This document shows positions 44,357 through 58,100 of a stretch of 64,000 bases of DNA, piece after piece. Source of the stretch: the human T2T-CHM13v2.0 reference genome, Homo sapiens. The notes beneath the pieces are model-generated. The model was not told the DNA's origin. It worked only from the letters and a program-made list of their open reading frames with translations, and made no database searches. The stretch is from assembly GCF_009914755.1 (NCBI RefSeq), contig NC_060947.1; one strand, given 5' to 3'. Position numbers and translations under genes: made by a program. Position 1 is the stretch's first letter, and every line of letters starts with the position of its first letter.

Positions 44357-45384
44357 ACAATGAGAACACATGGACACAGGAAAGGGAACATCACACACTG
44401 GGGCCTGTTGTGGGGTGGGGGCAGCGGGGAGGGATAGCATTAGGAGATATACCTAATGCTAAATGGCAAGTTAATGGGTGCAGCACACCAACATGGCACA
44501 TGTATACATATGTAACAAACCTGCACGTTGTGCACATGTACCGTAAAACTTAAAGTATAAAAATAATAAAATAAAATTAAAAAAAAATCAAGGAGTATAC
44601 AAAAAAATCATAATTCTCAACACTTCTTAAAGAATGAATGTCACTTGGTAATTTTTTCCCTAAGATCCACACAATAAAAAGAAAATATTAAATCCCTCTA
44701 ATATGCCTTTCCATTTTTATTATCAAAGAAATATTATGAAGGCAAAATAAATATTTTTGAAATATTTCACACTCCTTGGAAAAAAGATACTATAAAAAAG
44801 CAAAGAGAAGTAGGTAAATAGGCCACATGTCATATGCTTCAAAGTAAGATGTCTAATGTCAGTAAAGTTATTTTCTCATAATTCTCTTTGTTATTGAACT
44901 TCAAAAAACAATAGAAACTTAAAAGCATAATGGGATAGAGTAAACTCCTGGAAACCACCATGTCAGGAGAAACAGAGTAGATGTTACTTTCACTGTTAGC
45001 ATCCCCCTACTCAAATGTATACAGAACTTTAAAAAAAACGATTATCATCATCAATTTATCTACGAAAAAGGTAGTTAAATAAAACAACATAATCTCATAA
45101 AGCTTTATAAAATGACATCCAAATCATTAGTCTTTCTCAGATAAGCTCTGACTTAGGTGTGAAATTGAGAGCATAGAAACATATTTTTAGCCCTGGAAAG
45201 GTGGTCATCATTTTCTCGCCTGATCATGTCGAATCCATCTGGTTTGTGTGACCTGTAGAAAAGCTTTGGTTGTCACTTAGATTGTAAAATGCTGCATTTT
45301 ATTCTTCAAACTTATTCATATATTAAATTTCCCAATAAGCTGAGAGTCTTAGACAAAAAGAAGAATTTAAACTTACCATCTAGT

Positions 45385-45610
45385 GTTGTGGCTGAAAATT
45401 GGGCTCTGGAGTCAGGCAGGAAGCCCCGGACCACATACAAGGTTTTACGAAGCCAAAGGCCTTAAGACTCAATATCTTCATCTGTAAAATGGGTATAAAA
45501 TAGTACTATCTCATATGGTTTTTGTGAGGGTTAAATGCGACAAGGCATAAGAAGTGCTTAGAAAAGTACCTGGACAGAGGAGGTGCTCAATACTTTTAAC
45601 TATTTAATTA
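45385..45610 (+). mobile_element. MIR
   Basis: ggctctggagtcagg...cttcatctgtaaaatgggtataaaatagtac...aagtgcttagaaaagtacctggaca. Confidence 0.75.
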
Positions 45611-45777
45611 AGCATTATCTTTAGCATCATTTTACAGGGTGACCATTAATAGCATGGCCATATTTATAGTAGGAAAAGGTGGAGGAGTGTTTGTGCGTGT
45701 GTGTGTGCGTGTGTGCATGTGCATGAAGTGCGGGGGGTCCTCTCTCTAAACAATTCCTCTAATTTTGTTTAATTTTA

Positions 45778-45952
45778 TTGGATTTCTCAGTATTGACTGC
45801 ACATTGGAATCACTGAGGAGCTTTATATATCCTGATGCCTAAGTCACACCCCAGACAAATTCAGTCGAAATCTGTGAGTGTGGGGGCTGAGGTATCAGAT
45901 TTTTAAAAGTTCCCAGGTGATCCCATTGTGCAGCCAAGATTCAGAACCACTG
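45778..45952. mobile_element. MER5-family element
   Basis: ctgcacattggaatcac...cccaggtgatcccattgtgcagccaagattcagaaccactg. Confidence 0.8.
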
Positions 45953-46347
45953 ATCTAAGGCAACCTTTCTCCTGGAAAGTTAGAGCAATGCTGACATTAC
46001 AATAACGGCTCTGAACTAAGATACAAAATAGAATCCAACACCTCCATCTTCCCACAAATCCCCTAAAAGAATATATTTTATTTTTAAATCCTGGTTTGCT
46101 TCTGAATTTCCCGTCATTGAATGGCCCCACAAAGGTCATGCTAAATTTCTTTTTCTTCCTCATTTCTCATATATACTGAGGTTCCAAATCCCAGTGAATT
46201 ACACTTCTTGGAATCTCTGAAATCCACCCCTCCATCTCCATTACTTCAGCTTCACTCAAGGTTCAGACTGTTATCTTTTCTGTCTCAGACTGATATGATT
46301 ATCCTACAATTCATCTCCATGTCCTTGGTGTCTCCCTCTTCAACTTC

Positions 46348-47065
46348 TCTGCTTGGTTTATGTTCCCCAGAAGCGGATCTAGAGACAAAAATTCAAGGAT
46401 AAATAGTTCATTATGGAGGTGAAATCAGGAAATACTGGTAGGACAGTGGTTTTAAACCTGGAGGGATAGGGAGTAATTTATTCCCCTAGAGACATTTGGA
46501 AATATCTGGACATGTTTTTGGTCATTACAACTTTGACAGATGGGTGGTGATACTGGCATCTAATGCATAGAGACCAGGGATGTTGCTAAACATTCTACAG
46601 TGCACAGCACAGCACCCCCTACCACATCAATCTTGCACAATGAAGTATTATCTAGCACCAGATGTCAATAGTGTCCATGTTGAGAAATTGTATAGTATAG
46701 AAGTAGGAAAATGAGACAGAGAAAAGAAAGAATCCAAGTAAAGGTACATTGTCAAGTTAGTTAGCACTGTGGGCAACTGCAGTTAAGTCTTGCTTGGAAA
46801 CTCTAGGAGACCGTATAGACCACATACTCCAGAATTATCTCACCCAAGGGGTGTGGGATGTTTATCCATCAACCCCTGCAAGTCACTGGTGACTACTGCA
46901 GCAGTCAGAGTGTTGGTTGCTTAATTCTTCCATACTGCTAGTTTGCTGCACACTGGTGCAGAGAAAGAATAGGATTTCTTCAGCCAAAAAAGGCCATTGG
47001 GCAGTTTATTGGAAGTCTACAATAATAAAGTCCAAAGGGATATGAGTGGGGCAGCATCTACCACA
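46348..47065 (-). mobile_element. LTR33-like LTR within an L2, interrupted by MER20
   Basis: ttccccagaagcggatctagagacaaaaattcaagg...ggatatgagtggggcagcatctaccaca. Confidence 0.6.
46443..46692 (-). mobile_element. MER20
   Basis: cagtggttttaaacc...gacatttggaaatatctgga...ctggcatctaatgcatagagaccagggatgttgctaaacattctacagtgcacag. Confidence 0.85.
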
Positions 47066-47301
47066 ACGCCTTCACATATATGCCAGAGGAGTAATTCTAG
47101 AAGCTTAATCAGAATGTTCTTTCTGATTAAGAATGAACAGAATGTTGCTTTTACATAATCTTTAAGATAAAGCTAAATTCTTTAAGATGGTGTACCAGAA
47201 CCTTCATGATTTAGCCTGTCCATCTCATTGGCCCTGAATCCTCTGTATCAAACAGAATTGGATTTTATAACTCTAGGCTGTACATCTGACTTATTTCTAG
47301 A

Positions 47302-47475
47302 ATGGTGATTCTCAATTTGGATGCACATTGGAATTACCTAGGGTACTTTAAGAAATACTGATCCTGGGGTTCTACCCAGAGATTCCAACATAATTGACCT
47401 TCGGCATGTCCTCGACACTGACATTCTTTACAGCTCCTCTGGTTATTCTAAGGTACAGCCAAAGTTGAGAAAGAA
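47302..47475. mobile_element. MER5-family element
   Basis: gtgattctcaatttggatgcacattggaattacctagg...ggttattctaaggtacagccaaagttgaga. Confidence 0.75.
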
Positions 47476-47654
47476 CATACTAGAATGTTTTTCCTAGGGA
47501 CAGGACTGTGTCATTCATCTTTGTATTTTCCCCATGACCTTCCACAGAGTGAATCCCGTAACAGATACTCAACTGATCTTTATTAAATTAATGTAATAAA
47601 AAGAGTGAGAGAAGCAAGGCTTGTGTGAAGAGAGCAAAACTTAGAATCAACATT

Positions 47655-47935
47655 GGTTGAGCATCTCCTATGAGCTAATATTAATTAGCACTTTACATGC
47701 TTTAGTGCTTTGATTCATCACAGCAACATTGTGTTGGTTCTGCTGGGTTTTTTTGTTTTTTGTTTTTGTTTTTGTTTTTCAGAAAAGGAAGATCTGCTGT
47801 ATTTAGGTTTGTTTTGCTGTGTTTTCTCAGAGTAGAAAGCTGATATTCAGAAGTTAACTCATCCAAGGTTACAGAGCAGAGACGTAACTCAAAACTTGAC
47901 CTGCCCAACTTCAAAGACCAGGCCCTTTTCAAAAC
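47655..47935 (-). mobile_element. MIR with internal (TTTTTG)n
   Basis: ttgagcatctcctatgagc...agttaactcatccaaggttacagagc. Confidence 0.65.
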
Positions 47936-48006
47936 ATGATCCTTTCTCAAATAGGAAATGGGAAGTGGGAACCCCATAAGAGCTTGATTTCTTTTTTATT
48001 TCACAG

Positions 48007-48015
48007 CTATGAAAG
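48007..48015 (+). other. Candidate 9-nt microexon CTATGAAAG
   Basis: ttgatttcttttttatttcacAG acceptor directly followed by 9 nt and an AAG|GTATGT donor; motif only, no transcript evidence. Confidence 0.35.
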
Positions 48016-49693
48016 GTATGTATGCCCAGCAGATTCCTGGAAACAGCAGAGAAGTTGAAACTTTACTGACACTCCATATACTCAAAGACAGAGATTGTAC
48101 ATTGAACATTAGTGCCATGGTACTCAATGAAAAATTAAAAACCACCATCTCCAACAGGAACTAATTTGGCATTACTGAGATGTGACTGTAGGATCTTCAG
48201 TGTGACCCAAGTCTTCTTGAGCAATTGCTATCTTAACGGGTTAGGCCATGGCAAATGTAGGGATGACCGAGTAAGAAAGAGGGAGGGCCAATTGCTTTGT
48301 GGCTTCAAGCCTGCAAATCAGAAATAATACAAATAAAAGTGTCACCAACCAGAAACAAAATTACAATGATAAGTAGGCTATAGAGTGTGCCTAAATAAAC
48401 AGGTGATGTTTGCCTTTCTAAACTTTGATAATCTAAATTAAAAACATGATAGTGACTGTTATGCCTCTAGCTCTTCCCATTCCAGAAAAAGATGTTGAGG
48501 AAAAAAGTTACAAATCCACACACATGCAATTAAAAAATGGAAGATTTCCATTAGTTTTAACATTAACTTTTTCCCCATTACATCCACAAAAGAAGGAATA
48601 TTAATGGACAGGATATGAGTAGAATGATTCAAGTAAAAAAATATAAACTCAAAGTGTATTCAGTGAGTTACTAATTTCCAGCTACTGTTCAATACACTTT
48701 GTGAAGAAGGCAAACAATGACAGTGTGCTTCCTTTGGTTTTATAGACTTGCGTATTGTGATGATGTACAAATAGAGACTTTGAACAATATAAACACATCC
48801 TGGCTATTAACTGTAATACTAGAAATCACTGCTATGCCTTTTAAAGACAAAAATTTCTCCCCGTTCATACTGCTAAGGTTCTCCTCCTACAAAATCTGGG
48901 AAACCAAGACTTGACAAATCTGACACTGACCCAGAAATGCTACATTCCATCTCTAAATTTCTGTCTCTTGATTTTCTGACAACCTTTTGATGATGTGTGA
49001 AGTATCAAATCTGAAATGTATGGTGGATTTCACAAATGCAGTGATTCTCTCAATTTGGCCCACTTTCAGAGGAATATATCTATACCTGAGAGCTGCAAGA
49101 GAACTTGATTTGTATTTGTAATTCAATAATGTTGTGTTTCAGAAGGAAGACAAATATAAAGTTTTGTGTTACTATGATACTGTCATTATGTCGATGAAAT
49201 GAGAAATGTGATTTTAAAAACGTTAACATGTGACCAAGAAAATGGTAACTCTTGGGTCAATACATAACGATATGTACCATTTCAGCATTAATTTGTCCAT
49301 CAGAAAATCCTCATGTCTAAGGTTAATTGCCATGTGCTTGCTGGCCTACCATGTGTTTTGAAATTCAAAGTCTTTCTGGCACAGCCATCAATAAATGTTG
49401 GATTCCTGAATTAGTCTTTAATTGAAAACCAAACTCCATCCATGTCTCTAGTTATGCCTATATATGGCACCAAAATCAAAAGACCAAAATGCTATGAACA
49501 AGCAGTCAAGTCTCTTCCAGCACAAGAGAAACACAGAGAACATTTATCGTAACAGATATGAATAAATTCCCTGCTCAACTGTCTCAGATAAGCAGGCCAA
49601 AACTTATTTTACTCTCCAATATGAAAATATCTATTATTAGGAAGTATTTTTTCTATTTTCTCAGTAGGTATTTTAAATTATTTTTTGTTGACA

Positions 49694-49724
49694 AGATAGA
49701 TGATAGATAGATAGATAGATGATT

Positions 49725-49771
<47 letters not shown>
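49694..49771. repeat. Compound (GATA)n tetranucleotide STR
   Basis: agatagatgatagatagatagatagatgattgata(gata)n. Confidence 0.97.
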
Positions 49772-49815
49772 TTGCAGTAATAATACCAATCAGTCATAAA
49801 GTTTAAAAGAATACA

Positions 49816-50660
<845 letters not shown>

Positions 50661-50962
50661 GAGAAAGAGTTTTGAATCACATTTTTGGAAAGTGAATTTT
50701 ATAAGGAAATGTGAGTATGAATTCAACAATCACTTTTTTCGTTTGTGACATGATTTGAATAGAAAAACTTATGATTCTAGCTCAATATAATCTATAGGAA
50801 GGAAAACAGAACATTCAAAGTTGATCATTTGGGAACACTCATAATCAATGAAAAAGGGAAATATAGAATCAGCAAGGCATTCAGAAAAAGAAATTGAGAA
50901 GCAATGCAGATATGCTTTTGGGTCACACTACCTACCTGGGAGTTTTGTGAAGAGGACAGGGC

Positions 50963-51276
50963 TTTTTTTTTTTTTTAAGTTTTTTTTCTTTTATTATTAT
51001 ACTTTAAGTTTTAGGGTGCATGTGCACAATGTGCAGGTTAGTTACATATGTATACATGTGCCATGCTGGTGTGCTGCACCCACTAACTCGTCATCTAGCA
51101 TTAGGTATATCTCCTAATGCTATCCCTCCCCCCTCCCCCCACCCCACAACAGTCCCCAGAGTGTGATGTTCCCCTTCCTGTGTCCATGTGATCTCATTGT
51201 TCAATTCCCACCTATGAGTGAGAATATGCGGTGTTTGATTTTTTGTTCTTGCGATAGTTTACTGAGAATGGTGATT
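50963..51276 (-). mobile_element. Short young L1 3' end (L1PA2/PA3-like)
   Basis: Antisense 3'UTR cccactaactcgtcatctagcattagg (GAG diagnostic, not the L1HS-Ta ACA); poly(T). Confidence 0.93.
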
Positions 51277-51744
51277 CTCAAGGACCCACATCGTCTCACT
51301 CCTTGCTTTCTCTTCAACTCTTGTTCTCTCCCTTAACTGGCAAATCTTTATCTTGTCGGCTTGGGAGTAAACCTAGCTCTGTCTTACCACAATTCATTTT
51401 TTGTCTGTGCTTTGGGTTCTCTCTGCACTGAAGCTTATGAAACTCATTTTTTTTTCTGCCCCTTCTCTCTCCCTGACCCACCCCATGGTAACATCCTTTT
51501 TCTATATGACATAGCCCAGATGATCTAGAAGGCCAAAGAGGATAAGGAATATGCATTTTTTAAAAAGGGAAGAGGCTTGGAGTGCCAAGCACAATTGCCT
51601 CTGCTAACTCCCACCCATGGACATCTGTCCATAGCTTCATCCTGACCCCATGCAAAATCTGTGAGATTCACTGGACACCAGTGCTCTCTCTCTGGCTATG
51701 TACTTGGTAGTGGGAAAAATTCTTCCCCTGTAAAAGTGTATGGA

Positions 51745-52640
<896 letters not shown>

Positions 52641-53257
52641 ATCTCCCTTTTGAGAAGTTCAGATATACTTTGTAGCAATGGGTTAAATATCTTTATAAAC
52701 CTGAGTCATTTGACTTCATAATGTGATTGCTGACAGCAAAAACTTCGATAATTACCTAGAAAATCATTGAATAGAAGCTAGGCGGAAATACCATACATGT
52801 TTCTCCCAGAAAGTAAGCTCTGTTTATTTTCAGCTAATGGTATGCATCTATAGGTTTAACCCCACAGAGAAAAATTAGAATCTTAAGCACTGGGGATTTT
52901 ATCCTCCCCAAATTGCAGCCAAATTATGCAGTGTACCAAGCTTATGAACAAGTCTCATCTACTTGCCAGTTCACCAAGACATTTAATTAGCTCTTTCTAT
53001 TCTCATTGCCCCATTCCTTCTGGATATACATAAGTAATAAAATAAATAAATTAAACATTCTTTAATATTCATTTTGCAAAAGTGTCATTCAGCCTGCAAT
53101 TAAGTGAGTGATTATATATAAGGCTGGCCAGTTTATACATATTTAAAACTTCCCCCCAAATCAATCATGTTTTTGTAACATGGAGTACAGATATGCTTAC
53201 ACTGCTGTCCTGTTTACATATGTTTTTAGGTCTCTGTAATTCTATGTTGGATTGTGG

Positions 53258-53281
53258 AAGGAAGGAAGGAAGGAAGGAAGA
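53258..53281. repeat. (GGAA)n microsatellite
   Basis: ggaaggaaggaaggaaggaaggaag. Confidence 0.9.
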
Positions 53282-53639
53282 TTTATAGAAGAAAAAAGAA
53301 AGAATCCATTTTTCTAGGTAGTAATTACACACGTTCCATTTCAGGCTGCCTCCACCCTCTTTCTACCAATAGATTTTGGCACATTGTGACCAGAATAGCC
53401 TCCCTATGAGTTCTAAAAATATCTCTAGATGGATATTGTTTAACTCAAAATACAGAAGCAACAGATCAATGGATGAAAGAAATACTTAAATTCTTAACTA
53501 AACAAAATACTTAAATTCTAAATATCCACCCAGGGAAAAGTAAGAAAACATTTCTAGGTAGAGGAGGTATACATTTTTGCTGGATCACACTATTTAGTAG
53601 GTGAGGAAATGCAGAGGCTGATAGAAATAAGGGTTTCAT

Positions 53640-55145
53640 AGAGGAGAAGCTTCACAACATTGGTCTGGGCAAGGATTTTTTTTCCAATATGACCACAAAC
53701 GCACAGGCAACAGAAGCAAAAATAGACAAATGGGATGGCATCAAACTGTAAAGTGTCTGCACAGCAAAGGAATCAATTGGAAACCATCATTCTCAGCACT
53801 CTAACACAGGAACAGGAAACTGAACACCGCATGTTCTCACTCATAAGTGGGAATTGAACAATGAGAACACATGGACACAGGGAGGGGAACATCACATACC
53901 GGGGGCCTGTTGGGGGGTGGGGGGGGCTAGGGGAGGGATAGCATTAGGAGAAATATCTAACGTAGATGACAGGTTGATGGGTGCAGCAAACCGCCATGGC
54001 ACATGTATACCCATGTAACAAACCTGCACGTTCTGCGCATGTATCCCAGAACTTAAAGTATAATAATAATAATAAAAAGAGACCCACAGAATGGAAGAAA
54101 ATATTTACAAATCATACATTTAATAAAGAATCAATATTCAAAATATATGAGGAACTCAACTCAATAGCAAGGAAACAAATAGCTTTATTTAAAATGGGCA
54201 AAGGACCTGAACAGACATTTCTAAAAGGAAGGCATAAAAATGGCCAACAGGCACATGAAAAAATGCTCAGCATCACTACTCATTGGGGAAATGCAAATTA
54301 AAACCACAATGCGATATCATCTCACACCTGTTAGAATGGCTTTTATCAAAAAGATGAAATATAAGTGTTGGTGAGGGTTAGGAGAAAAGGGAACCCTTGC
54401 ATACTGTTGGCGGGAATGTAAGTTAATACAGCCATTATGTAAAATGGTGTAGAGATTTCTCAAAAAACTAAAAATAAAACTACCATATGATCCAGTATCC
54501 CACCTCTGGGTACCTATCAAAAGGAATTGATATCAGTGTGCTGAAGAGGTATCTGCATTCCCATGTTCATAGCATTATTCACAATAGCCAAGATGTGAAA
54601 TCAACCTAGGCATTCCTCATCAAATGAATGGATAAAGAAAATGTGGTAAAAATGCACAATGGAATACTGTTCAGCCTTAAAAAGGGGAACAATACTGTTA
54701 TTTGCAACAACATGGATGAATCTAGAGGACATTATGCTAAATGAAATAAACCAGGCACAGAAAGACAAATCCCTTATAATCTCACTTACATGTGGAATCT
54801 AAAAAAGTTGAACTCACAGAGCTAGACTCCGTCTCAAACAAAAAAAAGAAAGAAATAGAAAGTAGAATGATGGTTACAGAGGCTGGAGGGGTCAGGAAGA
54901 AGGGAAAGGGCAGCTGTGTAATCAAAGGTGCAAAGTTTCAGAAAGACAGGAGGAATAAGTTTTGAGATCTATTGCATGGCAGGGTGATCATAGCCAATAA
55001 TAATATATTGTATATTTCAAAATAAGAGAGTAAAGTTCAAATGTCTCACCATAAAAATGATAGGTAAATGATGTGATGTATATGCTAATTAGCTTGATTT
55101 AATTATTCCACATTGTATACACATATCAAAACAACACATTGTACA
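53640..55145 (+). mobile_element. L1MA ORF2 end and 3'UTR, hosting a nested L1PA 3' end and a tiny Alu tail
   Basis: gcaaaaatagacaaatgggat...caacatggatgaatctagaggacattatgctaaatgaaataaaccaggcacagaaagacaaa... Confidence 0.88.
53778..54078 (+). mobile_element. L1PA7/PA8-like 3' end nested in L1MA
   Basis: tggaaaccatcattctcagc...gtatcccagaacttaaagtataataat. Confidence 0.9.
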
Positions 55146-55164
55146 GATATAACAAATTATGTTA

Positions 55165-58100
55165 AACAGATGACAACTTTGATCACAAAGAAAAGAAACA
55201 AATAAAAACCTTTAATTTACCCTTTAATTCTACCTCTTACATTTTTACTTTTTATTGTCACAATTTATATCTTTTTACATCGCTTTCTCTTAACAGGTTT
55301 CTGCTATTATTATTTTGATAGATTTCTAATCTAATCATATATATGTGTATATATTTGTCATCTAATCATTTATATATATGATGTGTAATCCACTCATCAT
55401 TTAGGGTATTAGAGTAATTCTAAATTTGTTTGTGTACTTTTAGCTGAGTTTGACACCTTTGAATATCTTTTTGCATGTTAGTGTCCTTTTCTTCCAGTGA
55501 AAGAACTCCCCTGATAATTCAACAGAGGTTCTTTTCTATTTCCTTAAGCGTCAGAGGGTCTTAGAAATAAAGGGAAAAAGTAAAAAAGAGAGAAATTTTA
55601 AAGCTGGGTTTCTGGGGGAGACATCACATGTCAGCAGGTTCCGTGATGCCCCCTGAGCCGTAAAACCAGCAAGTTTTTATTTGCGGTTTTCAAAGGGAAG
55701 GGACTGTATGAATAGGGTGTGGGTCACAGAGATCACATGCTTCAAGGGCAACAAAAGATCACAAGGCAGAAGGTCAGGGCGAGATCACAAGGTCAGGGCA
55801 AAACTAGAATTGCTAATGAAGGTCCATGCCCCACTGGGCACATATTGTCATTGATAAACATATTAACAGGGTTCGAGAGCAGAGAACCGGTCTGACTGGA
55901 ATTCACCAGGCTGGAATTTCCTAATCCTAGCAAGCCTGGGGGCGCTGCAGGAGGCCAGGGCATGTTTCATCCCTTATCTGCAACTGCATAAGGCAGACTC
56001 CCCAGAGCAGCCATTCTAGAGGCCACCCCCACCCCCCAACCCCGGGAATGCATTCTTTTCCCAGGGCTGTTAATTATTAATATTCCTTACTGGGGAAAGA
56101 ATTCAGCGATATTTCTCTTACCCATTTTCGGTAATAAGAGAAATATGGCTCTGTCCTGCCTGGCCCACAGGCAGCCAGACTTTAAGGTTATCTCCCTTGT
56201 TCCCTGAAAATCACTGTTATCCTGTTCTTAAGGTGCCCAGATTTCATATTGTTCAAACACACATGCTTTAGGAACAATTTGTGCAGTTAACACAATCATC
56301 ACAGGGTCCTGAGGCGGCATACATCCTCAGCTTATGAAGATGACAGAATTAAGAGATTAAAGTAAAGACAGGCATAGGAAATTATAAGAGTATTGATGGG
56401 GGAAGTGATAAATATCCATGAAATCTTCACAATTTATGTTCTTCTGTCACGGCTTCAGCAGGTCCCTCCGTTCAGGGTCCCTGACTTCCCGCAACACCTT
56501 TAGCATTTCTTGTAAGGCTGGTCTAGTGATGAATTCCCTCACCTTTTGTTTGTCTGAGAAAGACTATCTTTCCTTCATGTTTGATGGAAAGCTTTGCTGG
56601 GTAAGTATTCTTGGATGACAGTTTTTTTTTCTTCGGCACTTTGAATATGTTATCCCGCTCCCTCCTGGGCTGCATATTTCTGCTGAGACTACTGTCGGCT
56701 GATGAATTGGAGCTCCTTATAGGTTATTTGCTTCTTTTCTCTTGCTGCTTTTAGGATCCTCTCTTTGTCATTGACCTTTGAAAGTTTGAATATTGTAATG
56801 CCTTGGGTTAGTCTTGTTTGACTTGAATCTTCTTCGTGATCTCTAACCTTCCTGTGCCTGAATATTTTTACTTTTCTCTATATTTGGAAAGTTTTCATTT
56901 ACTGGTTTTTGAGAAAAAGATATCTTTTGCTTGTTCTCAAGTCCCTCTTGAATGCCAATAATTCTTAGATTTGCTCCTTTCAGGTTTTTATCTACATCTT
57001 GTAAGTGTTCTTCATTCCTTTTTATTCTTTTTTCTTTTTTTATCCTCTGACTGTATATTTTCAAATATCTTCTCTTTGAACTCACTGATTCTTTCTTCTG
57101 TTACGTTTTGCTGTTGAGAGCCTGTAATGCATTTTTCAGTTTAGCAAATGTACTTCTAAAATCCAGGATTTTTGTTTGATTTTTAAAAATTATTTCAATC
57201 TCTTTGTTAAATTTTTTCTGATAAATTTCAGATGCTTTTTGATGTTATCTTGGAGTTCACTGAGTTTCCTTAGAACTTCTAGTTTGAATTCTGGATCTAA
57301 GAGCTCACACATTGCCATCTTGTTAGGATCAGTCACTGGCCCCTTGCTTTGTTCATCTGGGGAGGGCATGGTTCCCTGTTTGCCACTGTTTCCTGTGGAT
57401 GTATGTTTATGTTTTCATATTGAAAGATTAGTTATTTTTTCTAGTATTTGCTGTCTGGCTTGTTTTATTCTTTCTTGGGTATGTTTGCTTAGAGGTTCCT
57501 TGCAATATGCCTGTTGAGTCCTCTTAATCTTAATGCCTCCTTTTTGGCACTAGATGGTGCCTTACACCATGGCTTGCCTCAGCTCTCCCACATGTAGGGA
57601 GTTCTGCCCATCTCTGATTGAAGTGGGTGTCCCAAAGGATACCCCAGCTGTGTGGGAAGCCTAGCTAGAGGTTCATATCCATAAGGCCCACAGAACATGC
57701 TTCCTACAGTATGATGCTGCTGACCAGCCACTCTGATTTGATATCTCCTTTGGCTGAGATAAAACACAGGGTTTTATAGGCTGTGTTTGCTGGTTAAGCC
57801 TCCCCTCTGTGTCTCTAGGTGCTCTCAGAAGTTTTTCTCCATACAGGCACTCATGATGCTTCCTGTGGTTTGAGGCAGGGATGGTTTTCTCGCAAAAGAA
57901 ACTAAGATGGTGGGGAAGCTGGATGTATGCCTATATCTTACTTTTTTCTGTGTAGAAACTGTGAGTCCAGAAGGAATTTTTTGCAGCAGTGCCTGGCAGG
58001 TTTGGGGAGGGACATTGAGAAGTCTATTTCTTTTAACATATGCTCAAAGTTTTACACTTCTCTGTGGTTCCAGGGATTGCCTTAGCCTCAAAATTGAGTT

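Noticed and set aside
49143-49244. Possible 102-nt exon (gtttcAG...aaatg|GTAACT)
   Set aside because: Weak donor; a stop in the most plausible frame
53480-53519. 15-bp direct repeat aaatacttaaattct
   Set aside because: Short AT-rich slippage duplication with no functional indication
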